Of a DNA stretch of 64,000 bases, positions 46,926-57,329 are shown in pieces. The notes under the pieces were generated by a model. The model saw only the letters and a program-made list of their open reading frames with translations. It was not told the origin of the DNA and did not search any database. This stretch comes from a virus, in IMG/VR virus record IMGVR_UViG_3300025030_000050, positions 32,001-96,000 of that record, one strand, 5' to 3'. The position numbers and the translations under genes were made by a program. Within the stretch, counting starts at the first letter, position 1. Each line of letters starts with the position of its first letter.

Positions 46926-49391
46926 TTAATCCTCAAATTCAATTATACCCTTAGCTTTTTTAATTCTATCTTCCACTAAATCAGAAAGATCGATCTCATC
47001 AAATGTCTTTTTAACTTTATCAACAAATATATCTTTTATTTGAATAGCATCAAAGTCAAATTCGACTTCTGATTTTTTAACCGGGATTTCTATTTCTATA
47101 AAATCAATGCTTTTTGTCTCTATATTATTGCCAATATCTTTTTTCTTATCTACGTTCTTTAAATCTTGAATTAAGCATCTTTGCTCTTTCATTTGTTCTA
47201 AAGACTGAATTAGAGCTTCTTCAATACTAATTCCATCATCTTCAGCAATCATTTTAGCAAATTCTACTAATTCTTTTAAATGAGCGCCAGAATATCCATC
47301 TGTTAATTTAGCAAACTCAGTTATAATATCCTTATCGGCATCTTTTATAAAAAACTTTAATAGTTTTATTCTGTTATCTTCATCTGGAAGTGAAAAATTT
47401 ATAATATGATGAAACCTACCAGGCCTATCAATCAATGCGTCTGGAATATCTTCTGGGAAATTTGAAGTTAAAATAGTTAGAACACCTTTATTTTCCCTTA
47501 TCCCATCCATTTCAGTTTTTAACAAATCAACAGTATAGCCACTAAGCCATGTATCAATATCTTCTAAAAAGAAAACACTAGGCGCAAGAGTTCTAGCCAT
47601 TTCAAAGCCAATGCCTAAAGCACTAGCAGCTCCCCAGCCAAAATCTTTAGATGAAGCCCAGATAAAAGTCGTATCTGCTTTATTCATCAAAATCTTCCCA
47701 GTTAATGTTTTGCCCGTACCTGGGGAACCAATAAACATCATTCCACGACTAGGAGACTTTGTAGATAATTTTTCAATATTCTTCTTAATTTTATCCTTTG
47801 CTTCATCATTTGGGAAAATGACATCATCCCATCCTATTTCCTTAACCTCAAGAAATTCTCCACCAATAGAAAATTTTTCACCTTTAAGATAATTATTCTC
47901 ATCAACCCATTTTATAGCATCTCTGACAAACGATTTATTTAATTCAATATTTTTATTAGAAGTAAAAATATCAATACTTAAACCACCCCAATTTTTATAA
48001 ATTTGAAAAACAAACCTATCACCATCATTTGATTTATAAAATTGAGTTCCAGTTACTAAAAACTCTTCTTCTAATTTTGAATTCAATTTCACAACAGAAT
48101 GCTGCAATGGGATTTCAGATCCATTACCATAAAAATTTCTTTGATCAAGGAGTTCATGCTTAGACAAAACATTCTTAAATGCAGAAAGAAAATTGCCTTT
48201 CATAGCATTCGGGATAAAAAAATCTGTAGTGAAAATATCTTTTATTTTACACCCCAAATATTTCGTAAAAATTTTATATTCAAATCCTGCCGGTTCTGTC
48301 CTTACTTGAGTAATATCAAAATCATTGACATATTCTTTTTTTATTTTTTCTAAATCAACATTTTTTACTTTTAAAGAATTGAAAAATTTAATTCTTGCAT
48401 CTATTACATCTGTTTCCTTTTTAATCTCTACTTCCTGTTTCTCTTTATTAAAATCATCCAATTCTTTTTCAATGATTATGTCTATGTCTATCTCTGATTC
48501 TGATTCTTTAACATCCTCTAATTCCTGATCTTTCTCAATTAAAGTTTCATCAATATCCACATTATCGGAAATTAACTCCCCTTCCGGTTCATTAATAACG
48601 ACAGTTTTTTCAATTATTTCTTTATCGGAATCTTTAGTTACGTCTTCATTATTTTCTTTACTGCTAATAAATTCTATATCAACATACCAATTGCCCATTT
48701 TTTTGATATCTTCTTTTTCCTTACTTATGAAGTCATCACCAGCCAATAATCCAAAAACTTCATCAGGGATATTTATTTCTTTAACTATTTCTTCTTTTTT
48801 CTTTTCTAAATCAACAAACCCAACAATTTTTGCTTTCTCATTATCTTGGTCAATTTCATTTACAAAATCAACAATAGATTTTGTAGTAATCTCTCCATTA
48901 GCCACTCTTTCTACTAATGCTGAGTAATGGTCCGGCACTACAACAGCTGATATTTCCAAAAGTTCAACTTTTTTAAAAACCCTATCAGGGATTTTGCCGC
49001 CTCTAGTATATTTTTTTATTTCAACTTCATTCATATCATCTTTATATAAAATTTCTTTAGGAATAAAGCCTACAGAAAATGCATTCATAACTCCGCTAGA
49101 GTATAACTTGTAAAAAGTTTCTCCTTCTTCAGTTTCAGCAAACTTAACCTTGAATTTTAATCCCTGACCAGGATAGACTTTAGTCCAAGCTGCCCTACCA
49201 ATAGGAGGTCTATCATATTTATGGAAAGCGGGGATGACAGGATTTTCTATAAAATTTTCTAATTCCCAAGCATTATCATCAATTAAATCTCCACTTCTAT
49301 CTATAGAATCTGATTTATTCGCATAAGCAACTACAGATTTTTCTACCTCATTCACTTCTTTTTGAAAAATATTTTTAAATAACTTTTCCAT
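46926..49391 (-). CDS. prohead protease - acidic scaffold-like linker - AAA+ ATPase fusion
   Basis: DR.GD, FH....PIG, FSVGF, LLEISAV.VP; GSPGTGKT, FLEDID, TSN, DRPGRF, GYSGA.L.E. Confidence 0.9.
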   Translation of the reverse strand: MEKLFKNIFQKEVNEVEKSVVAYANKSDSIDRSGDLIDDNAWELENFIENPVIPAFHKYDRPPIGRAAWTKVYPGQGLKFKVKFAETEEGETFYKLYSSGVMNAFSVGFIPKEILYKDDMNEVEIKKYTRGGKIPDRVFKKVELLEISAVVVPDHYSALVERVANGEITTKSIVDFVNEIDQDNEKAKIVGFVDLEKKKEEIVKEINIPDEVFGLLAGDDFISKEKEDIKKMGNWYVDIEFISSKENNEDVTKDSDKEIIEKTVVINEPEGELISDNVDIDETLIEKDQELEDVKESESEIDIDIIIEKELDDFNKEKQEVEIKKETDVIDARIKFFNSLKVKNVDLEKIKKEYVNDFDITQVRTEPAGFEYKIFTKYLGCKIKDIFTTDFFIPNAMKGNFLSAFKNVLSKHELLDQRNFYGNGSEIPLQHSVVKLNSKLEEEFLVTGTQFYKSNDGDRFVFQIYKNWGGLSIDIFTSNKNIELNKSFVRDAIKWVDENNYLKGEKFSIGGEFLEVKEIGWDDVIFPNDEAKDKIKKNIEKLSTKSPSRGMMFIGSPGTGKTLTGKILMNKADTTFIWASSKDFGWGAASALGIGFEMARTLAPSVFFLEDIDTWLSGYTVDLLKTEMDGIRENKGVLTILTSNFPEDIPDALIDRPGRFHHIINFSLPDEDNRIKLLKFFIKDADKDIITEFAKLTDGYSGAHLKELVEFAKMIAEDDGISIEEALIQSLEQMKEQRCLIQDLKNVDKKKDIGNNIETKSIDFIEIEIPVKKSEVEFDFDAIQIKDIFVDKVKKTFDEIDLSDLVEDRIKKAKGIIEFED
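47332..47359 (-). promoter_or_regulatory. sigma28-type promoter (internal, upstream of MCP)
   Basis: TAAA-GTTTTTTATAAAAGAT-GCCGATAA. Confidence 0.65.
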
Positions 49392-50229
49392 TATATAATC
49401 CCTCTAAAAAATCTTTTTTAAATTTATAAAATTGTTCCGGCGTAGTTATTTTACCATATATTTTATGGAATAATTTATGTTCATCATTGTTTAATGTCAC
49501 AACATTATTAATATCAAATAAAATATTTTTAAATTTTATCCAATTGTCTTTATTAATATTATTTTCTCTAATTATTGTTGACAAAGATTTTAAATGATGA
49601 TGGATTAATTTGCTCCTATTATTTTTATTCAATATAATTGATTTATATTCATCTCTTTTAAAACACCTTTCTCTATTTTTAATATAACCAGAAGACTTCC
49701 TTATTAAATCTTGCAAAGATGTTAACCCGCCCTTCCATTGTGGACTATTTTCTTTAATATACTTACCAACCCTAGCACAATCTGTACATTTTTTAGAACA
49801 ATATTTTCTTTTACTTCCACGCCTGTATAAATTCAGCATCCGTTTATTAAAAATTTTATATTCTTTGCCACAATATTCACAAATTAAAAATATTGTTGAG
49901 ACATCTTTTTTATTATTATCATAACATATACGAGAACAATACTTTTGATTAGATTTATTACTTTTGGGTTTATACGTCTTACCACAATATTCACAAATTT
50001 TATTTTCTATAAATATTTTATCGAAGGCATAACAATAATGAGAACAATATTTCCTTCCATCTTTTATTTCAGAATTCCTTGCTTTATAGGCTATACCGCA
50101 ATATCCACAAATAAGGCAAACACTATTATTTTTAATAGATTTTTTATTTTTACAAATAGAAGAACAATATTTTTTTCTTTTGATACTAGTTTCAAATTCT
50201 ATAGAACAAAATTCACATTTTTTAATCAT
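49375..50229 (-). mobile_element. HNH-like endonuclease with repeated CxxC-YCSxxC zinc fingers
   Basis: Four CxxC...KYCSxxC units, SPQWKGG, HH, N..TL...H..FH..YG. Confidence 0.8.
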
Positions 50230-50245
50230 AATAAATTCTTCTCAT

Positions 50246-50455
50246 TCAATCACACCAATAATTACATTGGATAAGAAATTTATTATCGCCAATTTTTTTT
50301 ATTACAGAACCGTCATCAATCCCCATACATTTACATTCTTTGTTCGCTATACATTTCAATTTAGTTTTATCATGATTATATCTTGGACAAAATTCATAAT
50401 TTTCTGGGATTAGCTGATTTTTATTGTTTTGTACTGCACGAACAAGATTAATCAT
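50246..50455 (-). CDS. hypothetical protein
   Basis: ORF track, coupled. Confidence 0.5.
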   Translation of the reverse strand: MINLVRAVQNNKNQLIPENYEFCPRYNHDKTKLKCIANKECKCMGIDDGSVIKKIGDNKFLIQCNYWCD

Positions 50456-51224
50456 GATATTCCTTTTTTAATTTTTCCAATGAATAGGTTTGGGTGTCAA
50501 ATCTCCCTTCTTTAAATGAATCGAGTAAAACCAAGCCTTTCCAATATTCAGTAATTCTGCCGTGTACATAATCTTCATGTTTTTCAAAAAAACAACCTAC
50601 ACTTAATATTTGTTGTAAATCATCTTGCCCATGCCTTTTAAAACCTTCATACTCCATACTGTGAACATGAGCAAAGACACAACTCGTAAACATTAATTGG
50701 CTAACTTTTTTTGTAATATTCACCCCACAAACTTCTTTTGTTTTATTAAATGGAATATGTGTAAAATTTATTTTATTTATATTTAAATATTCTCTGTAAG
50801 GAATAAATTTTATATTCCTTTCTTTTAATTTTAGATCTTTTTCTATACTTACTAGACCTTCAAAAGTTGGATCATATTCTAAATATCTGTTGAGACGATT
50901 TCCATGATTACCGTTAAGATAATAAACATTTGGTCTATATATTTTTAATTTTTGCAATCTTTGCTTTTCTTGTAATTCTAAAAGTTCATAAAATATAATA
51001 TCTAAAGCTTCGTTCCCTTTATCTATTTCTTTTTTATATCTTTTACCTTCCATTCTTTGTCGTTTATCTTTATCAAAAAATGACAAACAACTCATTGTTA
51101 AAAAATCACCCATAAAAATAATAACATCTGGTTTTTTATCTATAATAAATTTACTTAACAACTTAAACCTACTTAAATCATCAAGTTCATCTATATGACA
51201 ATCACCTATTGGCAATATTAACAA
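50448..51224 (-). CDS. calcineurin-like metallophosphoesterase
   Basis: GDCH, MGD, GNH, TH, HVH motifs. Confidence 0.85.
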   Translation of the reverse strand: MLILPIGDCHIDELDDLSRFKLLSKFIIDKKPDVIIFMGDFLTMSCLSFFDKDKRQRMEGKRYKKEIDKGNEALDIIFYELLELQEKQRLQKLKIYRPNVYYLNGNHGNRLNRYLEYDPTFEGLVSIEKDLKLKERNIKFIPYREYLNINKINFTHIPFNKTKEVCGVNITKKVSQLMFTSCVFAHVHSMEYEGFKRHGQDDLQQILSVGCFFEKHEDYVHGRITEYWKGLVLLDSFKEGRFDTQTYSLEKLKKEYHD

Positions 51225-51295
51225 TTATTATCCTCTAATTAAATTATTAAAATAAAATCAGTTGCAAAAATGCGAATGCTATTGTTGCTGTCACC

Positions 51296-53122
51296 TTATT
51301 TAAACCTTACCGAACCTGCGCCTTCTTTAGACCTTACCGAACCAACAGACTCAGTTGATGCCACAATGCTGAAACTCGCTTCCGTGCTTGTTGCGTTTGC
51401 GTTGCCAGAACCATCAATACACCTGATGTAATAAGTGTATGCCGCGTTGCAATCCAGGTTTACGAGGCTTGTGGTGTGTGTAGTTCCCCCGCCACCTGAG
51501 AAAGTAAAATCCATATCGGCGTAGGCTTCATCGGTAAGGCTTCCTTTGCAGGTGGCAGACTCATCTGTTGTCGCGCCAAGCACTTTGGTTGTTGGGTCCG
51601 AGGGGCAGGATAGTTCTCCGGTAAGCGTAACGCCAGAGATAACCGGCGGGTCAAGGTGTGTGATGGTGATAACCGGGCTCGCAACGATGGCTGCAGATCC
51701 GGTGAGGATTGAGGCCGGGATTGTTGCTGTTATCGTCTCATCTGCTGAGACGTCATAAGCATCTACTTTTACAATTAGAGTTATCTGCGTATCACTGTTA
51801 CGGATGCAGTCAGCGTACGTCCAGTTTGCTTCATCATCCCAACTGCCTGCCCCAGACAATGAGCCGTTGAAACCAGCCAGTAATGCGGTAGTGGCTGCGT
51901 TATCAGCACAAGCCGTCGCAATAAAGGTGTCGCCATCCAACGTGATGATTATTGTCTGGTCATCTCCGGCAAGCTCTGTTTCAGTTACTCCGCCTGTTAC
52001 GGCTGTGCCTGTGAGTGTTGCGTTTACCCCTAACATGGCAAAATATGTAGGCCCTATACGACTGCCATCAATAATAAAATCATCGACATAGTAGGCCATA
52101 TCCAAGGCTTCCGAAATTTCTCTGATAAGAAACGAATGGTTGCCACCAAAGAAAAACTTATTATAATTGTAGTCCTGGCCTGCCTCAACTACAACTCCGT
52201 CTGTTTTTGTAAATATTTTTGTAACATTCCCTTCAGCATCGTACAACCACATTTCAGAGACAGCATCGGCATTCCCTGCCGTTCCTGTGGTTTGATGGAA
52301 TTCTATCCCAAACCACTGCTCATTGCCGATAGCTGTCCCCAAAAACGGCTTAATGCTATACGCAGTGCCTCCACCGTCTACGGCATCATATGCCTCGTAC
52401 AGCAGGTCATTATTCCAGTCTGCATCATAAGCCGAATCGAGACGGAGGCCTGGTTTGAAAAATAACTCATACCCGTAGGTTGCTCCTGTTTTTATGTCCG
52501 GCAAATAATGTGATTGCCCATAAACCTGGCCTTGCCCATCTGCCTGAGCGTATTCGTCATATATTGAACTGGCTGAGTATGCCCCAGCCACAAGAGTGTT
52601 AAATTTGTAATAACTCCAATACCCGGTGAAATTTCCGCTTTCATCCCTGTAAGGGAAATGGTTGTAGGGCATCTTCACCATATAGAAAATATAAATGTCA
52701 TCATAACCAGAATCTATGGTCCCTGATGTTGCATACCCATCACCAAGCGTGAAGTACAAGCCGAACCTGGAAGGTCCTTTGTGGTCAACCGTGCCTTGTT
52801 GGGATAGATCAAGCCGTAACGACTTACCTGTGCCCTGCCAAACATTTGCTGCCCCATGATTTGCAATCCAATCATAGGTGCTATCGGTGCTTGACTGGTA
52901 ATAATACATGTTCCAGATTGAAGCTGAATTATCTGCTGATTTAGTTGGCAAATTATTAAAATAATACCCAACTCCTGTTGATGTTCCACTCCAGTCATTA
53001 AGCTGGTCGAAAGTCTCTACAATATCAAAACCGGCACCTTCAAGATCTGACTGCCAATCAGCCACAGCCTGGACCGGCAAGGCCAATATGATGAAAAGCA
53101 AAAACTTAATAGCCACTTGCAT
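51296..53122 (-). CDS. secreted protein, polysaccharide-lyase/lectin-like domain plus Ig/FN3-like domains
   Basis: Signal peptide ...ALPVQA; W...E....G..D....W..., YYVDDFII...RIG; YTYYIRC.D..GN. Confidence 0.65.
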   Translation of the reverse strand: MQVAIKFLLFIILALPVQAVADWQSDLEGAGFDIVETFDQLNDWSGTSTGVGYYFNNLPTKSADNSASIWNMYYYQSSTDSTYDWIANHGAANVWQGTGKSLRLDLSQQGTVDHKGPSRFGLYFTLGDGYATSGTIDSGYDDIYIFYMVKMPYNHFPYRDESGNFTGYWSYYKFNTLVAGAYSASSIYDEYAQADGQGQVYGQSHYLPDIKTGATYGYELFFKPGLRLDSAYDADWNNDLLYEAYDAVDGGGTAYSIKPFLGTAIGNEQWFGIEFHQTTGTAGNADAVSEMWLYDAEGNVTKIFTKTDGVVVEAGQDYNYNKFFFGGNHSFLIREISEALDMAYYVDDFIIDGSRIGPTYFAMLGVNATLTGTAVTGGVTETELAGDDQTIIITLDGDTFIATACADNAATTALLAGFNGSLSGAGSWDDEANWTYADCIRNSDTQITLIVKVDAYDVSADETITATIPASILTGSAAIVASPVITITHLDPPVISGVTLTGELSCPSDPTTKVLGATTDESATCKGSLTDEAYADMDFTFSGGGGTTHTTSLVNLDCNAAYTYYIRCIDGSGNANATSTEASFSIVASTESVGSVRSKEGAGSVRFK

Positions 53123-53876
53123 TATACACCTTCCCGTTGTCAATATATCCATCAGAGGTTAAAACTGTAGCGCTAGCCCCGCCCCATGCAAACACGGTGT
53201 TAGAACCAGTAGACGCGGCAGGGTCGTTGTCTGCTTCCGCAGTAACACAGTTGGTTGTGCCGTCAGCGTCACAAGTTTTTACATACATGTCATTTCCTGC
53301 CGCCGTCTCTTCTATCCACCCAGCTTCAAAATAAAACCACTCGCCTTCCGCACGGCCACTGCTGGCAGGGATGTTTACTGTATCCGCTGTACCGCCCCCG
53401 GTATGTGTGAGCAAAAGAAGGATATCAGCGGCATCACCTAGCGATGCAAAAGACAAAAATACCCGGTTTGATGTATCCAAAACGTTGTACCATATGTACT
53501 GCGCATCAGCATACATCCCAGTGCCAACATAACACCTGCCAGAAATTTTCCCGTCTGAAACAAGATCAGTTGCAGTTGTAAACTCGGCCCTGGAGCTTGC
53601 CCCATCACCATGGATTGCTGATGCGCCGTCATAGAATTGATCGGTCGTTCTTGCTGCGCCACTCTGATAAGTGGGAGATGTATCTTCCGTCGAGCACCCG
53701 GCAGGAGTTCCGGTTGTTACGTCATCCGTCTCCATGTGCCAGGAGTGGATCAGTGTCCCGGTACAGGAGTCTCCGGCAGTGGCAGTCTCATTTACATTGT
53801 TTTCCCCGCCCGGACCCCAGGCAAAGGCCTGAAACGGTGCGAGAAGAAGTGCAAGAAATAAAAACCGCTTTATCAT
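53106..53876 (-). CDS. secreted LamG/ConA-like protein
   Basis: Signal peptide ...FQAFA|W; WHME, EWFYFE..W, YIDN..VY. Confidence 0.65.
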   Translation of the reverse strand: MIKRFLFLALLLAPFQAFAWGPGGENNVNETATAGDSCTGTLIHSWHMETDDVTTGTPAGCSTEDTSPTYQSGAARTTDQFYDGASAIHGDGASSRAEFTTATDLVSDGKISGRCYVGTGMYADAQYIWYNVLDTSNRVFLSFASLGDAADILLLLTHTGGGTADTVNIPASSGRAEGEWFYFEAGWIEETAAGNDMYVKTCDADGTTNCVTAEADNDPAASTGSNTVFAWGGASATVLTSDGYIDNGKVYNASGY

Positions 53877-54892
53877 GAAGCACCCCCATCAACCCAGGTT
53901 CCGCTGCGGCCATTGGTATTGGCCTTCGTGGTTGACCGGTTGTGGATGCAGATAAAATTCCCAGCTGCTCCGGGGCTGTCAAGTTCGTACCCAGCTCCGG
54001 CAAGAGCGGCACCATCCAGGTAAATTGTCATGCCGTCAGATTGAGGGTCAATCTTCACAACATTGGCACCGTCAGAATAGACACACCCTGAATAGTCAGC
54101 GATCGCCGGCCAGAGTATTGTTGTGGCCGCATTGATGTACCACCACGATCCAGACTGAAGAGGACCGGGGGCAAGCTTCCATACGTCCCCATCGTCCCAG
54201 TTATTATCGGTTCCACCTGTCAAAGTACCGACCAAAGTCGTGCCTGCATTATCTATAACCGGCGCGACTGACCCATCGGTTACGTTGTAAACCGTCATGC
54301 CTATGCAGCCGTCAACCGGCAGTGACTCGCTGGAATCGGTCATAAAAGCAGCATCGGCACCACCATCATGCACGCCCTCGGTGGTGGTCAAAGAAAAGCT
54401 TTTCGTATGGCCGTTGATTGTTCCGCTGCTTTCGACGACCATGTCATTAGAAAAAGAGACTGCGACATTTGAAAGATCCAGTGTTGCAAGTGCCTCAATC
54501 CAGCCCTGCACCTTCGTCGCCATGTAAGTTGCAAAGTCAGTCAGGGCAACCTGCACCATCGTGCCGTTGTCGTTTACTACGGCCCGGTCAGCATCGACAA
54601 GCGTGGTGGCTGTTGCGGCTGTATCGCCATCAGATGTGGCTGTAAGCTCGGTTGCGGACGGTGTCATGTTGGTTATCCCAGACACGGTTAATGCAAACGG
54701 CGCATATACATCCTCGCCGATCAATGCCTGAATCTCTGCCGAGGTGTCCACGGTTGGATCTTGCTCTGTTGCCGCGTTCGTGCCGCCCTTATTGGCGTCC
54801 TGATAGCCGTTGTTGTCAGCGTCAAGCTCAACCGCTAAGGCTTTCCAGGGAATCAGCAGAACAAGTGCCGCTATCAATAGAATTTTATTCAT
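53873..54892 (-). CDS. secreted fibre-like protein
   Basis: Signal peptide ...KALA|V; KGGT, DADR.VVND.GTM.QV..TD and N.TDGS...GGTDN.WD.GD motifs resembling phage fibres. Confidence 0.6.
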   Translation of the reverse strand: MNKILLIAALVLLIPWKALAVELDADNNGYQDANKGGTNAATEQDPTVDTSAEIQALIGEDVYAPFALTVSGITNMTPSATELTATSDGDTAATATTLVDADRAVVNDNGTMVQVALTDFATYMATKVQGWIEALATLDLSNVAVSFSNDMVVESSGTINGHTKSFSLTTTEGVHDGGADAAFMTDSSESLPVDGCIGMTVYNVTDGSVAPVIDNAGTTLVGTLTGGTDNNWDDGDVWKLAPGPLQSGSWWYINAATTILWPAIADYSGCVYSDGANVVKIDPQSDGMTIYLDGAALAGAGYELDSPGAAGNFICIHNRSTTKANTNGRSGTWVDGGAS

Positions 54893-54903
54893 TTGTCATC
54901 TCC

Positions 54904-56541
54904 TTACCATGTAGCGGTTTCACCGCCGAAAGTTGCTGATTCACCACCAAAAGTTACTAGCTCGATATGCAATCTACCCCCACCCAACGAATAACTGTCA
55001 GGTGTCCCCAGAAACCACAGGGGCGGCGGCATTGTCATGCCTTTGCACAACTCGTATGCGCCGATTGGCTCGCCAGACCCGCAATAGATATTGTCGTGGG
55101 CGGTGCCGGCGTCAAAGAGCGATTTGAGGCGGGGACGGCCTTGAGTGTCGAGGAGGGGATTGTCGGTTAAGTCGGTGGCGTCGAGCGTTATGTCATTGTC
55201 AGGTGCATTGTAAACAAGGTTGTCGTGCTCCACAGCGACAGATCCCGCGCTTGTTTCAAACCCTTTGCTTGTCGGGCTGTCACAGAGGTTATTAATCCAC
55301 GTAGTGGTATTGCCTATGTTGTCACCGTCAGCTTGACTAAAGCAAACATTTGGGGAAATAACAGTGTTGCCAATCCATCGATTCCCACTACTCTCGTTGC
55401 TAGCGTTCCTCAACCCCATGCCGCTTGAACCACTTACGAGATTATGCTCTACAAGGTTTCCAGTTCCTTTGAAAATGCTTATGCCCCGCCCCCCGCAAGC
55501 CGCGTTGGTGTTTTTAATAATATTTCTGGCGACATAATTGCCTGTTGACAACAGTGTGTCATCGGTGTTCGACCAATCCAAGATAATGCCACATCCGTCG
55601 CAACTTGCCGTGTCAACACTATCAATCCTGTTATCGATTACGTCAACCTCGTTAATCCAATGGAGCTGAAGGCAATTTACCATTGGGTAGTCCGAGTCAC
55701 CACATTGTCCTACATGATTATCCTCTATTGTGCTGGCTAAAGTTGCACCGTTGATGCCACCAGGAAGACCCATAAACGGTCCCCGTGTGTGGTCAACATC
55801 ATTCCTCGCAACAGTCAATCCTTCGACTCTATGCCCTCCGCTCCAGACATCTGCGTCAGCGGTGCCGAATATGAAATTTTTGAGGTAGTCGCCAATGTTA
55901 TCGGTAATGGAGATATTATACGGGTGTTTCGCATTTGCTCCCGCCTGCGCCATCCTGATCCCTTCCATTGTCCCATTGCTGCGAAAATCATTGTGGTGAA
56001 AATTTATGTTGTAGGAATCAGCGGTTGACGTGTAGATATCAAGGCATGTCTGGGATGTGTCCGAATCGCAAATAATATTCTTCACTTCAACATCATGTTG
56101 CCCGAAAAAGTACACTATGCGCCCGAGAGCGGCGCCGCCCGCAAACGTCAGAGTGCCGAGGCCGTCAATTTGATAGCACCCTCTACCAGCTACCCCAAAA
56201 AGAAATCCTTGCGTTGCGGAGTAAGACAAAACCGGTGCATCCCCAAAAGCTGGCGCAAAATAATACAGCGCATCCGATGTGCCGGTGGCCCTGACGATAA
56301 GCTGCCCGTCAATGGGGCCAGCATCGTCGCAAAAGTAAATTGTATCACCCGGGGTCATATCCGCGGCGTCTGTTCCCCAGTTATCTTGCGCGGAAAACCA
56401 AGACTCATCATGGGCAGTAGCACAACTTGTACCTGAATCATCGCCTTGAGTTGCCCCAGCAATGTAGACGCCCTTCGCCCCCGCCACGGACGGCATGGCC
56501 AACATGAGGGACAGAAGCAGGGCTAGAATTTTCTTGATCAT
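54904..56541 (-). CDS. secreted parallel beta-helix (pectin lyase-like) protein
   Basis: Signal peptide; PGDTIY, repeated ..N.. beta-helix coils, NPLL...DAG...IGAYE C-terminus; 14 Cys. Confidence 0.75.
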   Translation of the reverse strand: MIKKILALLLSLMLAMPSVAGAKGVYIAGATQGDDSGTSCATAHDESWFSAQDNWGTDAADMTPGDTIYFCDDAGPIDGQLIVRATGTSDALYYFAPAFGDAPVLSYSATQGFLFGVAGRGCYQIDGLGTLTFAGGAALGRIVYFFGQHDVEVKNIICDSDTSQTCLDIYTSTADSYNINFHHNDFRSNGTMEGIRMAQAGANAKHPYNISITDNIGDYLKNFIFGTADADVWSGGHRVEGLTVARNDVDHTRGPFMGLPGGINGATLASTIEDNHVGQCGDSDYPMVNCLQLHWINEVDVIDNRIDSVDTASCDGCGIILDWSNTDDTLLSTGNYVARNIIKNTNAACGGRGISIFKGTGNLVEHNLVSGSSGMGLRNASNESSGNRWIGNTVISPNVCFSQADGDNIGNTTTWINNLCDSPTSKGFETSAGSVAVEHDNLVYNAPDNDITLDATDLTDNPLLDTQGRPRLKSLFDAGTAHDNIYCGSGEPIGAYELCKGMTMPPPLWFLGTPDSYSLGGGRLHIELVTFGGESATFGGETATW

Positions 56542-56867
56542 TTTACCCTCGTTAACGTGAACTCAAATCTTTCAATCCCGCCTTTGTACAAAATACCCCT
56601 GAATGTGCCGTCATCCTGCTCTTCAACAACATCGATAATGTCACAGAAAAATTCATGGTTTTTCGGGTGGTTATAGTCAAGGCAGTATTTTTCCCCGTTC
56701 GTGCTCACGTAGAAATGCGCCCCCTCAATCCCCACGGCCCGGTTGAATCCCTCGCCGTCCTTGATGATCTTGTGGTCGCCAAGCGGGTTGAAAATGCTTG
56801 CCCAGCCGTGACAGGTCACTGCCCATTCGCCGTCAAGATTCATAATATTATCAACCCAAAAGTTCAT
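56538..56867 (-). CDS. hypothetical protein
   Basis: LDY..P.N...I.D.V.....G...G; first gene of the GC-rich island. Confidence 0.6.
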   Translation of the reverse strand: MNFWVDNIMNLDGEWAVTCHGWASIFNPLGDHKIIKDGEGFNRAVGIEGAHFYVSTNGEKYCLDYNHPKNHEFFCDIIDVVEEQDDGTFRGILYKGGIERFEFTLTRVK

Positions 56868-56870
56868 ATA

Positions 56871-57329
56871 TTAAAGCAAAGTAATAATAATTGTCCCAGT
56901 AGCACTAACACCACTATTTGACGCAATATCAAGTTGTAATGTAGTTGGGCTTCCAATTGGATAATTAGCGTTATTACTGTCAATCATTGAATATTTTTCA
57001 ATAGTATCACTCGTATCTATATTAGATAAAGCAGTCCCAAATACATCTACTCCAGCATCATCTTTTAATGTTATATCAGCAACACCAGTCGTTACAGGAG
57101 TAGAGCCGGGTATATGCCTTATCTTTAAAATAAATCCATAATATCTACTTACAGAAATCCGTGTCGCAGTAGATAAAGACCCATCAGCAGCAGTTTCATA
57201 CTCTATTGTTAGTGTTCTTAACCCAGACATTGTACTTTTTGATACAGAAAATGTTACAAGTTCTGCACAATAAACATTAATTGGGACAAATAAAAACAAA
57301 AACAAAAAAACCAATCTTTTAACCATCTT
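56871..57329 (-). CDS. signal-peptide-bearing structural-like protein
   Basis: MVKRLVFLFLFLFVPINVYC|A; PG...YDITL.D..G.D-like motif; SD GGAGG. Confidence 0.65.
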   Translation of the reverse strand, partial: KMVKRLVFLFLFLFVPINVYCAELVTFSVSKSTMSGLRTLTIEYETAADGSLSTATRISVSRYYGFILKIRHIPGSTPVTTGVADITLKDDAGVDVFGTALSNIDTSDTIEKYSMIDSNNANYPIGSPTTLQLDIASNSGVSATGTIIITLL

